From assembly GCF_009914755.1 (NCBI RefSeq), contig NC_060927.1: a DNA stretch of 64,000 bases; one strand, given 5' to 3'. Each line of letters opens with the position of its first letter. The first letter of the stretch is position 1. This document shows, piece by piece, positions 39,576 through 53,742 of this stretch. The stretch is from the human T2T-CHM13v2.0 reference genome, Homo sapiens. The translations under genes and the position numbers were made by a program. The notes below the pieces were generated by a model, which was given only the letters and a program-made list of their open reading frames with translations, searched no databases and was not told where the DNA came from.

Positions 39576-42134
39576 AACTGAAGGGGAAATGCCTGGCAAA
39601 TAGAGGTGGTTCAACCAGGTGGAATTAAAAAGGAGAAAGGGATTAGGTGAAGGGGACAAAGGGATAGCCAACCCCTTTTATAAGAAACTCTCATAATAGT
39701 GGAATGTAAGTTGGTTGTTTCTCTAATGACTTATGAATATACAAAGCCCCATTGCTAAACCCCTAGGCATGATGGATTTTGATTGGGCCGCAGTGTAAAT
39801 TTGGATATGATATTCCCAGGACTCCTGGGTAGTAAGATTGGATTTCTGCTACCTATAGAAATTCAAGAGGGAAGGGAGGGAAAGCAATAGAAGACTATTG
39901 TGTTGATGTGTTGTAGGCCACGTTTGGTTGCAAAGAATAGAACCGCCTAAGATAATGGGGTAGAGTAACATTTGGGGCATTTAATGGTGGGTTCACACCA
40001 TACTTCTGTACTCATCAAATTTCTCTGCTGCATCCTAAAAACCTCTCTCCCCCAACTGCTATCCCCAGCCTGCTCAGCAAGAAACGAGTCAGTTACTCCG
40101 TAGGGAAATAAAGCAAGGACTGCATTTACTCCCGGGCAGCACAGTGGGAGAATGAAAATCACAGGCTCCACTAGGTTTGCTCCAAGGAGCTTGGGATTTC
40201 TTCAGTCACAACCAAATCATCTCTCTTGTCTGGCAAGGACCACCAGACCTCAATAATCATCCAGTTTGCAGTGACATGTCCCATGGCTAACACCCTCCCC
40301 CCATCATGCCCACCCCACAACAATGGGCAGGACAAAAGCCTTCTTGGACAGGTGACCAGCTGAGACCACTGAACCCACTGAGAGTAGTGAGTGGAATAAA
40401 AATAAGGTCTTATTCCTGATCAAGGTGGATAAGTTGAGATCAGTTTGAAATCCTCATTGACTGGGGCTCCAGACGTGCTTATTCAAAGTATATAGTAGGC
40501 AATCCGGTGGGCACCCAGCAACGGGAGATCAAGATAGCCAGGCCCGCCACTGCATGTCAACTCAGTCCCCTTTTCCCTTTACAGACTAGCATGCCTTCTC
40601 TCTGCCTTCCTAAGAGACAGTACACAGCATTAAAGTCACTGCCCCAACCCGGCTGTACATGATCTTTCAGGTCAAATGCCAAGCACTATCTAAGTGTAGT
40701 TATGTGTCTCTTAGTTCACACATTTGACAGACAAGTTGGTTGGCTCACAGACTGGGCCTATGGATTGGTTCCTGGTGAGGAGTTTACTTTTGATACAGTC
40801 AGTAGTGGGAGATGGGGGGATGGAGTTAGGTGGCATAGACATGACGGCTTAGACATACCTCCTCCTTCCATTAGGTGGTGAGGGACTAGACTCTCAGAGG
40901 TCGGACAGGGCCTTGGCAGGCACCCCAAATATATCCACCATAAACAACCCCCAACCCAATTCAGATTTCACAAGTTCCCTCTGAAGCATCATTACAGAGT
41001 TCTTGAAATCTAATCTATTCCAGAACATTCCCAGATGGACCAAAAAAGAACTGACACATTTTTGTATCCTCCCTTTCTCCCAGAATCAAAATTTTCAGTA
41101 TTATTTTGAAACTAGCTATCCAGAAATCCCATTTTTCAGAGCAAAGTCTTTTGTGGTTAATTAAATAATTAACTCCCATTTATCTTTTCAACAAGTCTCG
41201 GTTTTCATAGAGCGGGCTTCTTTAATGTGGGGTACACCCATATGGGTGTTTCTGGGGCAACAGTGTGTCACAGAACAAGCCAATTAAGTACAGGCGAGTT
41301 AATGGCCTTGTCCAGGTTAATAGTGAAGCCAAGCGCCTGTTGCTGAGTCTTCAACTCTTCGTTAGCTCAAATCCCAGTTGTAACTTTCCACTAGGGCTGT
41401 GAGTTGTGACTTTCCTTAATCCACCAGATAGAAGCAGAGCAACAGCAGAGGCTGTAAATACTCTGTCAGGGCATGAAGAATAACAACAATAAGGCATTCA
41501 TATTAGGAGAGGAGATTCATTCATCACGGTTTGTTTACCCTCTCAACAACCCAGAAGAGTTGGTGTCACTGTCTCTGGGGAAGCAGCTGGCATAAGGAAA
41601 TCAAATTGCGGTGAAAAGAATGTGAGCTTTGCAGTCATATGAGCCTCATTTCAAATCCTGACCAAGGCCTTTACTTCTCTGATAAAACAAATCTGTATGG
41701 CAGCTCTGATTGGTCAGCCCCCATACCTTAACCCTAATTAAAGAGTTTGAATATCACCCCTGCTTCTCTGGTACTCAACCTTTCTTCCAAAAAAGGGGAT
41801 AGGGGTGGTGATAATACTACCCACCTCATGGCATGATTGTGAAGGTTACATGAGGTCATGTGTGTGAAAGGACCCTCTCTCTAGTAGGTGCTCTTTATGC
41901 TCACTCCTTTCCTAATGTAACTGACTTTTTCCAGGTTTGGGATGATCTTCTAAGGTTTCTCAAATGATTGTCATGACTGATGAATTCAACACAAAGAGAG
42001 CTGATGAGGAAAGCCAGGCTTTCTTCACTCTCCTGAGAAAAAAATTCCCTCTTGGGTAAGACCTGCCATCAGGCTGAGATCCCATCCTTCTTTCCAGATC
42101 CTTCTTCCATGGTGGCAGAGGCTTCTTGTTGCTA

Positions 42135-42601
42135 ATATTGGTCTTCCCCTAATTCTATAGAAACAGAATTCCTAAGTTTAAACAGAACCTTATGGCTACT
42201 GAGACAGAGAGAGACCACATTCTACATTTCCCAACATCCCTTGCAGCCAGACATGACCATGTGACTAAGTCCCCACCAATGGGATGTGAGAGGACATGAA
42301 CTGTGCAATGACCAGATCTGACCCTTAAAATGATTAAGCTTCTCTTTCTCCTTTCCTATTGGCTGGAATGTGGACAAGAAGTTGGGGAGCCAGTTTTGAC
42401 CCCCGTGGAGGAAGACAACACTCTGAGCAACAAGATAGAAGAAACCTAGTCCCTGGACAGCCTCATATAGCAGAAATGTCCTGAACCACCCACCAACCTC
42501 CAGATTGTTACATGAGAAAGAAACACACTTCTGTCTGGTTACCACCACTGTACTTGGGGGTCCCTTTATTACATCAATGCAGTCTACTCCTGACTAAAAC
42601 A
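42135..42601 (+). mobile_element. MLT1 (I/J-like) LTR
   Basis: ctacatttcccaacatcccttgcagccagacatgaccatgtgactaag...cctgactaaaaca. Confidence 0.7.
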
Positions 42602-42699
42602 TTCACTTTCCTTTATCAAAATTCATCTTCAGATCTTGTCTGGAGCAAGAACGGTCTGGAGCCAAGATCAGCCTTCAGAGTAGATTGGATTTCATCATC

Positions 42700-43685
42700 T
42701 CGCTGCCTGTAAGCCAGATTCAGTCCACAGACATGCTTTGGTTGGCTCCTATAGTGCATTTTTAAAAATTTGAATTCATTGTCAACATTTACATGTTGAG
42801 AAATTTCACATAAAAATCTAAAGGACTAGCTTTTCTTGAGAAAGCTGAAGGTCTGACCACCCTAGGTCCACATCTTCCTTGGTGAAATTCAGCGGATGCT
42901 ACATTGTCCCTTTAGATGGAGTGAGCGTGCTTCAGCTCACCATCATCAGTGCCTATGGCAAATGCTATTGGGTCCTGGGATCTTGCCATTTGGAGGTCTG
43001 ATGGCCTGACTTCCAATCCCCAAGGCCTGTAGTCTTTCGCCTGAGGACTTGCCTGCTTGGCACACACGCATTGTAGACCAGAGACACTGGAAAAATTAAA
43101 GCATCCTCAGCAACCCCAATGAATGACTGGTGGGAGCTGATGGAGAAATACCCATTTCACAGATGGGCAGCTGAAGGGCACCTTTGACGCTGGCCTCTGG
43201 AGTCTGTGTCACAGTTGCCCACAGTGGTTTAACTCACCATAACTCACACCCTTTATTGACTGGCTGCCATTTCCTGGATCACCTTCCAAATCAACTGCTT
43301 ATATTCAAATCCTGCCCTCGAGGAACCTAAGTCTCAGAGCCTGCCCTAGGGAACCTTAAGTCACCAGTCCCTTTGGTTTTCCACCAAATATTAGCATTTA
43401 TCATCAGCTGTGCTGTTATTTTTTTTTCTTCTGGTAGAGAAATATTTATATTTCTCATTTAAATACAGCATGTTAGCTGTATTTAATATTTATTAAAAAT
43501 GAATAGAAAACGAAAAGATAGACTCAAAGGACAATGTGCTTCAGGAAAAAAAAAATAGGTGAGAGTATATCTCTTTGTGCAAGTAAAGAATATTCCTGCA
43601 TATTTAACATCCAAATACTGGTCTGCTGAGTGCGCTGATGTTATCGGCCTAACCCGTGGGCATCTGTGTTTGTGATTCCTGGTGT
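42700..43685 (+). mobile_element. hAT-Charlie-type DNA transposon remnant (MER102/Charlie4-like), interrupted by an LTR16-like LTR (~42950-43340)
   Basis: gccagattcagtccacagacatgc...aaatttcacataaaaatc...; LTR end tggatcaccttccaaatcaactgc...ggaacctaagtc. Confidence 0.5.
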
Positions 43686-44404
43686 TCAGCTCTGAAAGCT
43701 CTTGTTAAAACTCAGAAGTCATTACCCCCTGATTTTGAATGAGGTTCTGAGATTAGCGAGATGGCCATCTGGCAGCACGCTGAGAGAAAAAGTGGGAAGA
43801 CACATACGTTTCAGTTGGAGGGAGGAAGGACCAAAGGAAATCTTATCACTGGGGCCAGGCCAGGGAGCTCAAGGTGGCATCAGAGGAGGGGGCCTCAAGG
43901 GAGGTGAGAGCAGAAACCTGATCTTTCTGTGATCTTGTGAAAGTCCCTTCCCCCATAGTGTCTGCAGGGCTTTGGCGGGTACACACCCTCCATTAGAGCA
44001 TAGCTCTCCTTCTATTGACACAATAGAAGGTGCGTCTATTGTGCGTCTTCTAGGTGCGTCTCTCCTGGCTATGCAAGAATACCTGGAGGGCAGAAGCTAT
44101 ACCTTATTCTACTTTTTACACCCAATGGCTGGCAGAGAGCTCGCCACATAGTAGATGCCCAATAAAGGTTTGTCTTGAATTTTTGCTGGCCAGTGTGACC
44201 CTAGAGTGAGCCAATCAGAATTACTATGTAAGCCAGGGGGCGCTGTGGTTCAGTGTTCATTTCTCAACTGGGGCGCTGAAAAGTTTTTTTTGGCTGTATG
44301 CTGCAGTGATTAATATTGCACTAGCTGGCACCATGTCACTTAGGAGACAGTGGCATGGGATCTTCGAAAAACTAGCTATCTCTTACCTGGTTTGCAATCA
44401 GCCC

Positions 44405-44901
<497 letters not shown>

Positions 44902-45280
44902 AGCATGTTAGCTATTTTGGCTTTGGTTGGAAACAACAGGATCCTGATAAAAAGAAAGCCAGAGTAGAAAAGAATCTAGAAAGATATGCACCAAAATATT
45001 AATCAATTATATGACAGTGATCATTTTTTATTGTTTCTTTTCTGCTTATTTGTGATTGCTGATTTGGTTTTCTTTACAATAAAGTTATATGACCTCTATA
45101 AGCTTACTCTAAGAGTAATAAAGAAGAGAAGGAAAGCTGGACTGCAGTGGGTTTTCTGTGCCATTCCCCACTAGCACTGCAAGGAAATTGTAGAATCTAG
45201 GCTCCCCTGAAAACGCCACACAAACCAGCTTTGCCTGTGCCTTCTGGAATTCCCACACCAAGAAGCTTCCATTCTGTCTC

Positions 45281-45643
45281 TGATATGGTTTAGCTGTGTC
45301 CCCACCCAAATTCGTCTTGAATCTTAGCTCCCATAATCTCCACATGTCATGGGAGGGACATGGTGGGAGGTAACTGAATCATGGGGGTGGCTTTTTCCTC
45401 TGCTGTTCTCAAGATAGTGAATAAGTCTCATGAGATGTGATGGTTTTATAAAGGGCAGTTCCCCTGCACACGCTCTCTTGCCTGTCGCCATGTAAGATGT
45501 GCCTTTGCTCTTCCTTCACTTTCCACCATGATTGTGAGGACCCCCCAGCCATGTGGAACTGTGAGTCCATTAAACCTCTTTTTCTTTATAAATTACCCAG
45601 TCTCGGGTATTTCTTCATTGCAGCATGAAAATGGACTAATATA
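45281..45643 (+). mobile_element. THE1 (THE1B/C-like) MaLR solo LTR
   Basis: tgatatggtttagctgtgtccccacccaaat...gagtccattaaacctc...aaaatggactaatata; 363 bp; degenerate 5-bp TSD gtctc / gcctt. Confidence 0.9.
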
Positions 45644-46039
45644 GCCTTCACATCAACAGAGAAAGGGAACTTGAACATAAGTTTTCTGTGTTCTTGGTGG
45701 CCTGTGGGGTCCCAAGGATTCACATTGCAAGGCCATTTGGCATCCACACTCCACACAAAGCAAGTTCATCAGTTCCGTCCAATACCTTCCTCATGGCCAG
45801 CCACAGGGTAGATTCAGGCTGCTCTTGGCCCCAACACCTCTCTCTTGGGGTTCACAGTATAGTAAGGAGCTGGCACAGGCACTTCTGTTAGCAGGTAGGA
45901 GGTATGCATTCATTCATTCATTTGGTGACTATTTAATGAGACTTTTATGTGCCAGCCCCTGAATGAGGAATGGGGCTATTGCGAGGCTCTAGTGGGCTAA
46001 TGCTCAGCCATCAGCTACAGGATCACATGCGGGTGGGCT

Positions 46040-46425
46040 TCTGCTGCCCTTCAGGTCCATGCTCTGCCCTTCTCCACCCCGCTTTGTGCCCAGAAGTCTG
46101 ACTGGCGAGCGCTATGTTAACGTGCCTTCTTGCCTCTGGCATCCTGTTGGTTGGACCAGTTGAACAGCCCTGGCAGGAAAGTGGAGGGAGGGAGAAGGTT
46201 GAGGCTGGGGTACTTATCCCCCTGGTACCTTCCCTGACTTCTGCTGGACCTGTCCCTCCACCAGAAGTCACTGATCGTCTCACAGCAGCCTTCCGTATGG
46301 GACCCATCCTCCCATTTCTAGTATCTGCTCCCTCCTGCTGTCCCCTCCTGGCCTAGAAACATGGCTACTGTGGGAGACTGCACCTTCCCTACTCTTCCCC
46401 CACACCAGGCTCCTTTGTAAATCAG
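46040..46425 (+). mobile_element. LTR33 (ERVL)
   Basis: cccttctccaccccgctttgtgcccagaagtctgac...cttgcctctggcatcctgttggttgg...gaggctggggtacttatcccc. Confidence 0.7.
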
Positions 46426-47456
46426 CCCTCCTGGAAGTATCCTTATATGAGGGGGCATTGGTCTCAGTTGGGACACTCCCCAATGGTTACTATTTACCCC
46501 CATTCTACAGATGAGGAAACTGAGGCTCAAAAAGGTACCTCACCCAAGGACACTCGGGAGGAGAGGAGGCAGCACTGGAACCCAGGAGGGCTCGATCAGT
46601 GTGATGAGCAAATTGTTCAAGGCCTGGAGGGGTCCCTTTGGGATCTGGGACTTGATCCCTCCTCAGGTGCCTTTCCTGTCTTGGTGCTCCTCCTCTTGCT
46701 TGGAAGGGACTGTGGGAAGGATGAGGGTTTGCCAGGAGAGTATCAGGGAGCAATACTGGCTCTTATGAGGGGCTCACATATTACCTGGGCTTTTCTCACC
46801 ATCAGAGTAAAACCAAGTTCACAGCCAAGCTTAGGCGCCTGCCCAGGGCCAAAAGTCACAAGGTTCATCTGTCTGCTTTGGGTCCGAGGCCAGCCTAGTC
46901 TGGGAACTCTCCCTCGGGGACCTCGTGGGGCTGAGAGAGGCCAAACGTCTTCCTCCCATGGATCCCCCTCCCCACTTCGTGGGTTTAACTTTGTCCAGGT
47001 CCTCCCCACTATTCAGGAATGCAATCTGAAAAACCAATTCAAACTAGGACTCATGGTATTCACCCATTCCCCCCACACCCACACAAGTGAGTGCACATAC
47101 ACACAATCAATCACACGACTCTGCATTTTAAGCAAGATCCTATTGCAATGCTTAACCCAAAACAATAGTGGGATTTCAGGCACTAGGTAAGCAAGAGATT
47201 CTTCCAATCTTACCACAAACGTGTGAATGACCACTCCACCTACTCCAAACCATGGTGACTTTAAGAATGAAAGGGAGCAATGTGAATAATGAAGTCCAGA
47301 CAGCTGGAGTAAAAGGGACTGTCCCAGGCAAACCATGACATGGAGTCCCTCTGCCTATGGGTGACAGGAAGTTGAAGATGACTTTTCCTTTAGTCCTAGC
47401 ATTGTGGCCTAAGCCCCAAGCTAGACATTAGGCACAAAGAGCCCACATGCTCCAAA

Positions 47457-48250
47457 GCACAGTTTCTGATCTTTTCTTGTGCCATGAATCCTGTTGGTAT
47501 CAGTGAAGCAATCGATCCCTTTTCAAACTAATGGTTTTAAATGCACAAAACAAAATACATAGGATTGCAGAGAACTCACGATACAGCTGTCAAAATATTA
47601 AACAAATTTATGGGCCGGGCGCGGTGGCTCACGCCTGTAATCCCAGCACTTTGGGAGGCTGAGGCGGGCGGATCACGAGGTCAGGAGATCGAGACCATCT
47701 GGCTAATATGGTGAAACCCTGTCTCTACCAAAAATACAAAAAAAAATTAGCCGGGCGTGGTGGCGGCGCCTGTAGTCCCAGCTACTCAGGAGGCTGAGGC
47801 AGGAGAATGGCGTGAACCCGGGAGGCGGAGCTTGAAGTGAGCCGAAATCGCGTCACTGCACTCCAGCCTGGGCGACAGCGAGACTCCGTCTCAAAAAACA
47901 ACAACAAAAAAACCCAAAAAAACCCCCACAAATTTATGATATAGTAATACTCTTGTTTCTTCTTTATTAATACATTAAATAACAAGATCTAGCAATGAGT
48001 CTAATTACTACTGTAATTTTTACATAGAGATGAGTGTAAAATGTTACTTTTAAATATCTGTGACAACTGTAGTGTGATTTCTGATTGTGAAGGGTAACAA
48101 AGTCATAGGCACTACTAATACTATGGGGGGGTTGGTGTTTACATTTTGAACAGAAAGAAATGTCAGCTTTTACCTAGAGATGAACAAATATAAAAAATAA
48201 ATCTTCCCATCCAAGCTTACAGACCCCAGGCAAAAACAAAAACCCCATTC
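47457..48250 (+). mobile_element. MER119-like hAT element interrupted by AluY
   Basis: aaaatacataggattgc...tacattaaataacaagatctagc...ttcccatccaagcttacagacccc. Confidence 0.7.
47613..47927 (+). mobile_element. AluY
   Basis: Y-diagnostic ggatcacgaggtcaggagatcgagaccatc and agaatggcgtgaacccgggaggcggagctt; many CpGs intact; TSD acaaatttatg (47602-47612, 47928-47938). Confidence 0.95.
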
Positions 48251-48314
48251 CTAAAGGGAGCCACTAAGAGGCCATGAGTTCATCATCTAGGCTTGTGTGT
48301 GTGCACGCGCATGT

Positions 48315-48433
48315 GTAGAGATGGGGTCTCTCCATCTTGACCAGGCTGGTCTCAAACTTCTGGGCTCAAGCCAGCCTCCCACCTCAGCCTTGTAAAGCGC
48401 GGGGATTACAGGCATGAACCACTGCACCTGGCC
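48315..48433 (-). mobile_element. Alu left monomer
   Basis: gtagagatggggtctc...ccaggctggtctcaaacttctgggctcaag...ccactgcacctggcc. Confidence 0.85.
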
Positions 48434-49169
48434 CACCCAGGCATATTAAGAGGTGCCCAAATTGGCCCAACCACGATCACTTACTTCCCCCCCTCCAACC
48501 TTTATTAACAGACTCAGGGATGGAACAGGGTTGGTACTGCTGGTGGGAACTGCTTCTCTTTCCTCCAGTTAAGAGAGGAGAGTAGCTTGTAGAGATTGGG
48601 GGTGCTTGCAAGGGAAGCCAGGCATTTCATTCCTGGTTGGACTCCCATGAGAAACAGGATTTTCAAATCCATTCCAGAAAAAGCAGGAGAGAATTGGAGT
48701 CTGTGAGGCAGAAAAAGGTTGCAGTCAACCTATGAAATCCACCCAGGATGTTAAGGGACAAGACAGGGGAGATAGATCAATTGGAGGAAAATAATCTAAT
48801 TCATCTCATCATCTTCAGAATCATCAATACATAAAGTGTGACTTGCATTACAGTTGCATCCAGGACACCACCCAAATGCAGTTATGGACCAAGGAAGTCA
48901 TGGGGAGACCCATTCCCTCCTATGATCTGAGAGCACCAGCACCTTCCCTCTCAGCAGCCTGATGACCAGAGACAGAACTTACAGAACTGCCTGGTTAGAC
49001 CTCGCTTTCTTTTTGGGGACTTGACAGTCCTTCTGGTAGGGGTGCCAACTGACTGGAGTCTGCCCCAAAGACAGCAGAAAGCCTTAATAATTGGATGCTT
49101 AAACAGAAGACAAAGAAATGTATGCTCAGGGAGTCTGCACCCCAAGTGACAATCCCAAACTCAAGGAGT

Positions 49170-49650
49170 CCTATGCGTGTGACCAGCCACAGCAGACATC
49201 TGCGTGCACCAGATCACATCCTCATGGCCACCTGATTTCACTGAAGCTCTGATGGAGAGTTTGGCAGACATTTCCAGAATCCCACCTCAAGCACACTTGC
49301 AGAGGTTTTCCCCAAAGCAGGGAAAAGCCACTTAGTTGATGGGCACAGGTAGAAGCGCAAGGATGTTCATTTTCCCAGGGACAACACCTCAACATTAAGG
49401 GAGTGAGAGTCAGTGGATAAATGCCCCAGCCTCTCCTCCCCACAAAAGGACAATGCAAAGGCACATTCTACATCTATGATGCCTTGCAAGTTACCCAGCG
49501 GCTAAGCAGTAAAATAAGGCATGGTTAGCAGCCTTTCTCTCTTCCCTCTCTCCTTCTCCCTCACTCTTGCTTTCTGGGTAGCTTTCCAGATAAACAATTG
49601 CACCCAACCCTTGTCTCAGGGCCAGCTTTTGGAGGCATCCCAGTTAAGGC
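49170..49650 (+). mobile_element. ERVL LTR16-like LTR
   Basis: gtcagtggataaatgccccagcctc...ttccagataaacaattgcacccaacccttgtctcagggccagcttttgg. Confidence 0.6.
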
Positions 49651-50537
49651 TGTGGTTCACCACATAGCTGAATACATCAGGCTTCCTTAAAGGGTCCCCA
49701 GAACCCATGGCTTCATTGGCAAGAAGCTGGAAGCCCGCAGGAAAAACGTTGGAGAGTGGAGATGGAGAAGAATCATGAAAGGCGAGGTAAACCATTGTGA
49801 AATTATAAAATTCAGTAGGTTGAAAAAGAACAGAAACCTGGCCGAGGAATCACTGGAAGAGCACACATTGAAAAATGTGCCTAGACAGTTGAGAATCTGT
49901 CAACTGACAGGAGAGGGCTTTGTGAAGAAAACGAACCAGAGCGCGATGTCAAGCAGACAGATTGGTCCAGTTAAGGACAGGGGAGGCTGGGGAGGCAGAG
50001 TGAGTTATGAAGCCCTGGCTTTGGCTTGTGGGCGGTCTAGAAGAGCCATTCCCAGCAGGGACGAGACACCGAGTCCCAGAGGACAAAGAGGAGGGAAAGG
50101 ACCTTCCAAAGGCTACTGATACTGCTGCCTGCACCTGCGAGGTGTTTTGCGCCACAGGCAAGCTCAGCGTTCCCTAAATGTGCAGTCTGCAGGACACTGA
50201 TTCTGTAAGGTTCTCTGGATAAAAAGCGGATGGGGTGAGTATGGGTGGGGGGAAGCCCCCTCTTGGAGAGTCATTCATTCAACAAGTGCTCATGGAGTAC
50301 CTAATCTATTCTAGGCATGGTGCTGGGCACCAGGATCATAGCAGGACACCAGACAGACAGTTCTGCCCCAGGAACATTGCAGACTTTGGGGGAAACAAGG
50401 ATTAAACAAGAAACACGGTATTAGCTAAAACTCACTGCATGGAGGGCAAGAGTTTACATGTACTACCCGATTGAATCCTCAGAACAAACCTCAAGGTAGG
50501 AACTTCACAATCATTATTTTAGAGATGAGAACACAGA

Positions 50538-50822
50538 GGCCGGCACGGTGGCTCACACCTGTAATCCCAACACTTTGGGAGGCCGAGGTGGATGGATCAC
50601 TGGAGATCAGGAGTCGAGACCAGCCTGGCCAGCATGGCGAAACCCCATCTCTACTAAAAATACAAAAAAAAAAAAAATTAGCTGGGCGTGGTGGTGGGTG
50701 CCTGTAATCTCAGATACTCAGGATACTGAAGCAGGACAAATGCTTGAACCCGGGAGGCAGAGGTTGCAGTGAGCCAAGATCTCGCCACTTCACTCCAGCC
50801 TGGGTGACAGAGTGAGATTCTG
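50538..50822 (+). mobile_element. AluS-like element inserted in a MIR
   Basis: Dimer; MIR halves at ~50420-50537 and ~50993-51110; TSD aacacagagg / aatacagagg. Confidence 0.9.
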
Positions 50823-50992
50823 TGGAAAAGAAAGGGGAGGGGAGGAGAGGTGACAGGATGGGAGGGGATGGGAGGAAAGGGGGAAAGAAGGAAAGAGAGA
50901 AAGAGAAAGAAAGAAGAAAGGAAGGAAGGAAGGGAGGGAGGGAGGAAGGAAGGAAGGAAGGAAGGAAAAGAAAGGAAAGAAAGAGGGAGGAA
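50823..50992 (+). repeat. Purine-rich GGAA/GGGA/GAAA tract replacing the Alu tail
   Basis: ggaaggaaggaagggagggagggaggaaggaaggaaggaaggaaggaa. Confidence 0.9.
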
Positions 50993-51682
50993 ATACAGAG
51001 GCTCCGAAAAGTCAGGTGACTTAGCCAAGGACAAAACTGCAGTATGTGGTGGAGCCATGACCTGAACCCAGGCAGTTTGGCTCCCATGTCTGCATTCTGA
51101 CCTGCTACACATTTTTATCAAAGGATCTGACAGGTCCTGCAGGCAGGACCTGCTGCATAATTTGCAGCACCCAATGCAAAGTGAAAATGTACCACCCTGG
51201 CTGGCAGTGGGGAAGTCGTTTTCCTCTTCTCATGGGCACCTCAAATCACAGCATACAGACAATCCCCAAGGGGTTGCAACTTCCTCAGTACCGGGGTTAG
51301 AGGTAGGTGAGAGGTCCCCACTGAGTTGCCTGCTAAATGTGCAGAGGTGCTGTCAGCTCCACACTGGAATAGCTGCCACCTTGCCCTGACCTGAGACACT
51401 GTGCATCGGGCACTGGATCCCAGCCCTCTCCTTACCTACACACAGGCCCCTGAGGGGGGCAGAGGATGACAACAAATGGGTCCTCCTCTCAGGCCAATGG
51501 GCCTTGAGCACCATGGTTTGGGGCCCTGGGTGGTATGGTCTCAGGGCACAGCCAGCCAGTGGAGGCCGGTGAAGGGGAGCAGGCCGCTGAGAACCCACCC
51601 TAGGGAGCAGTGGGGCAGGGGGCTACATGTGAGTCGAGACCCCAAGCCACTGACACACATTTCATTGTCCCATCAGACTTCA

Positions 51683-52380
<698 letters not shown>

Positions 52381-53199
52381 AATTAATAAAATATTTTCAA
52401 GACAGCAACTGCAAAGCATTAAACTCCAAATGCAGGCCCTTCTGAGCACGGGGCCCTGTGCAGATGCACTGGGCCCTCATCCAAGAAGCTGGACCCACCT
52501 GTGGCCAGGGAAGGCAAGTAAAGGTTGGACTTCATTTAACACAATTCTCCACGTTCACTTCAGCACAGGACCCCTTTTGGGGTGAACAGTCCATGGTGCT
52601 ATCATCCCAGGTACCACTCTTTTAGAAACGCTACATCATCTCATTCAAACCTCATCATAGCCCTGCAAGTCAGGAAAGTCCATGGTTATCATCACTTTTC
52701 CCAGAGGGAGAAACTTAGGCACAGAGAAGAATGTGTTTCACTTGAAATACGACAGTGGTTAAGAGACAAAGACATCTCTCAAACCCAGGCATCCAATGCT
52801 CTTTCTCCTCAATATACCAGCCTTCCCAACCCTCCAAGATGCTTTTACACATCCCTTATTGACAAAAAAAGGAGCCCTCAGGAGAGGGCTGTAATTCTGG
52901 CAGGTTTCCAAGCTGCAGCTACTATTTATTAGTAAATCTCCAGATGTGCCAGGAAATTACAGACCAGCAAATTAGTTTCATCATTTCACTAGTTTATTTA
53001 AGGAGTTATTTGCAAGCTCTGCTAAAAGCTCTTTCCAGCAAAAGTTGTAGGAAGAGTGGTTTTTTTTTTGTTTTTTTGGTGCCTCAGTGATGCTATGTTA
53101 TCCTGAGCATCCAAAGGACTCCTCAGGGAAGAGAAGTCCCACCAGACTAAGAAGAAACTGCTAACTTTAATGATACTTAATGATAACCACTGCCCCTCA

Positions 53200-53742
53200 T
53201 AAGTGCAGTGGCCATCCTCCAAGATGGCCCCGAGTGATTCCTGGGCCTCCTGGGATCATGCCCTTGTGCAACCTCCTCCCACACTGAATGGGGCCCATCT
53301 GTGCAATCAGTAGGATATTGCAAAAATAACAGAGTGTGACTCCTCAGATTAGGTCATAAAAAACATGGCAGTTTCTATCTTCCTCTCTCTTAGGTAACTC
53401 ACTGGGAGGGTAGGGGGGTGAGTGGGAAGCTAGCTGCCATATTGTAAGGACACTCAACAGTCCTATGGAGAAGTTCCCATGTCAAGTACCTGAAGTCTTC
53501 TTCCAATAGCCATGAGTGCTCTATTTTGGAAGTGAATCTTCCAGCCCCTATTGAGCCTTCAGATGACCTCAGCCCTGGCCAATGTCATGACTTAAGCCTC
53601 ATGAGAGACCTTGAGCCAGAACTACTCAACTAAGCTTTTCTGAATTCCGGACCAATAGAAGGTTTGAAATAATAGATCTCTGTTGTTGTAAGTCACCAAG
53701 TTTTGGGCTAATTTATTATACAGCAGTAGATAGCTGTTACAT
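53200..53742 (+). mobile_element. MLT1 (E/F-like) LTR
   Basis: ccaagatggccccgagtgattcc...gagccttcagatgacctcagccctggcc...ttattatacagcagtagatagctg. Confidence 0.75.

Noticed and set aside
41234-41249. Perfect 16-bp palindrome ACACCCATATGGGTGT
   Set aside because: About one such palindrome is expected by chance in 64 kb (64000/4^8); the central CCCATATGGG is not a valid CArG box.
43459-43486. 11-bp AT-rich stem TTAAATACAGC...GCTGTATTTAA
   Set aside because: Short, AT-rich and inside a DNA-transposon remnant; too small for a pre-miRNA and plausible by chance.
45540-45552. PRDM9 hotspot-motif position in the THE1 LTR
   Set aside because: Reads ACCCCCCAGCCAT and misses three specified bases of CCNCCNTNNCCNC, so it is not the hot variant.
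46447-47190. Longest ORF in the window (247 aa)
   Set aside because: Starts within MIR-derived sequence (cattctacagatgaggaaactgaggctc), has no recognisable domain, and one ORF of this size is plausible by chance in GC-richer non-coding DNA.
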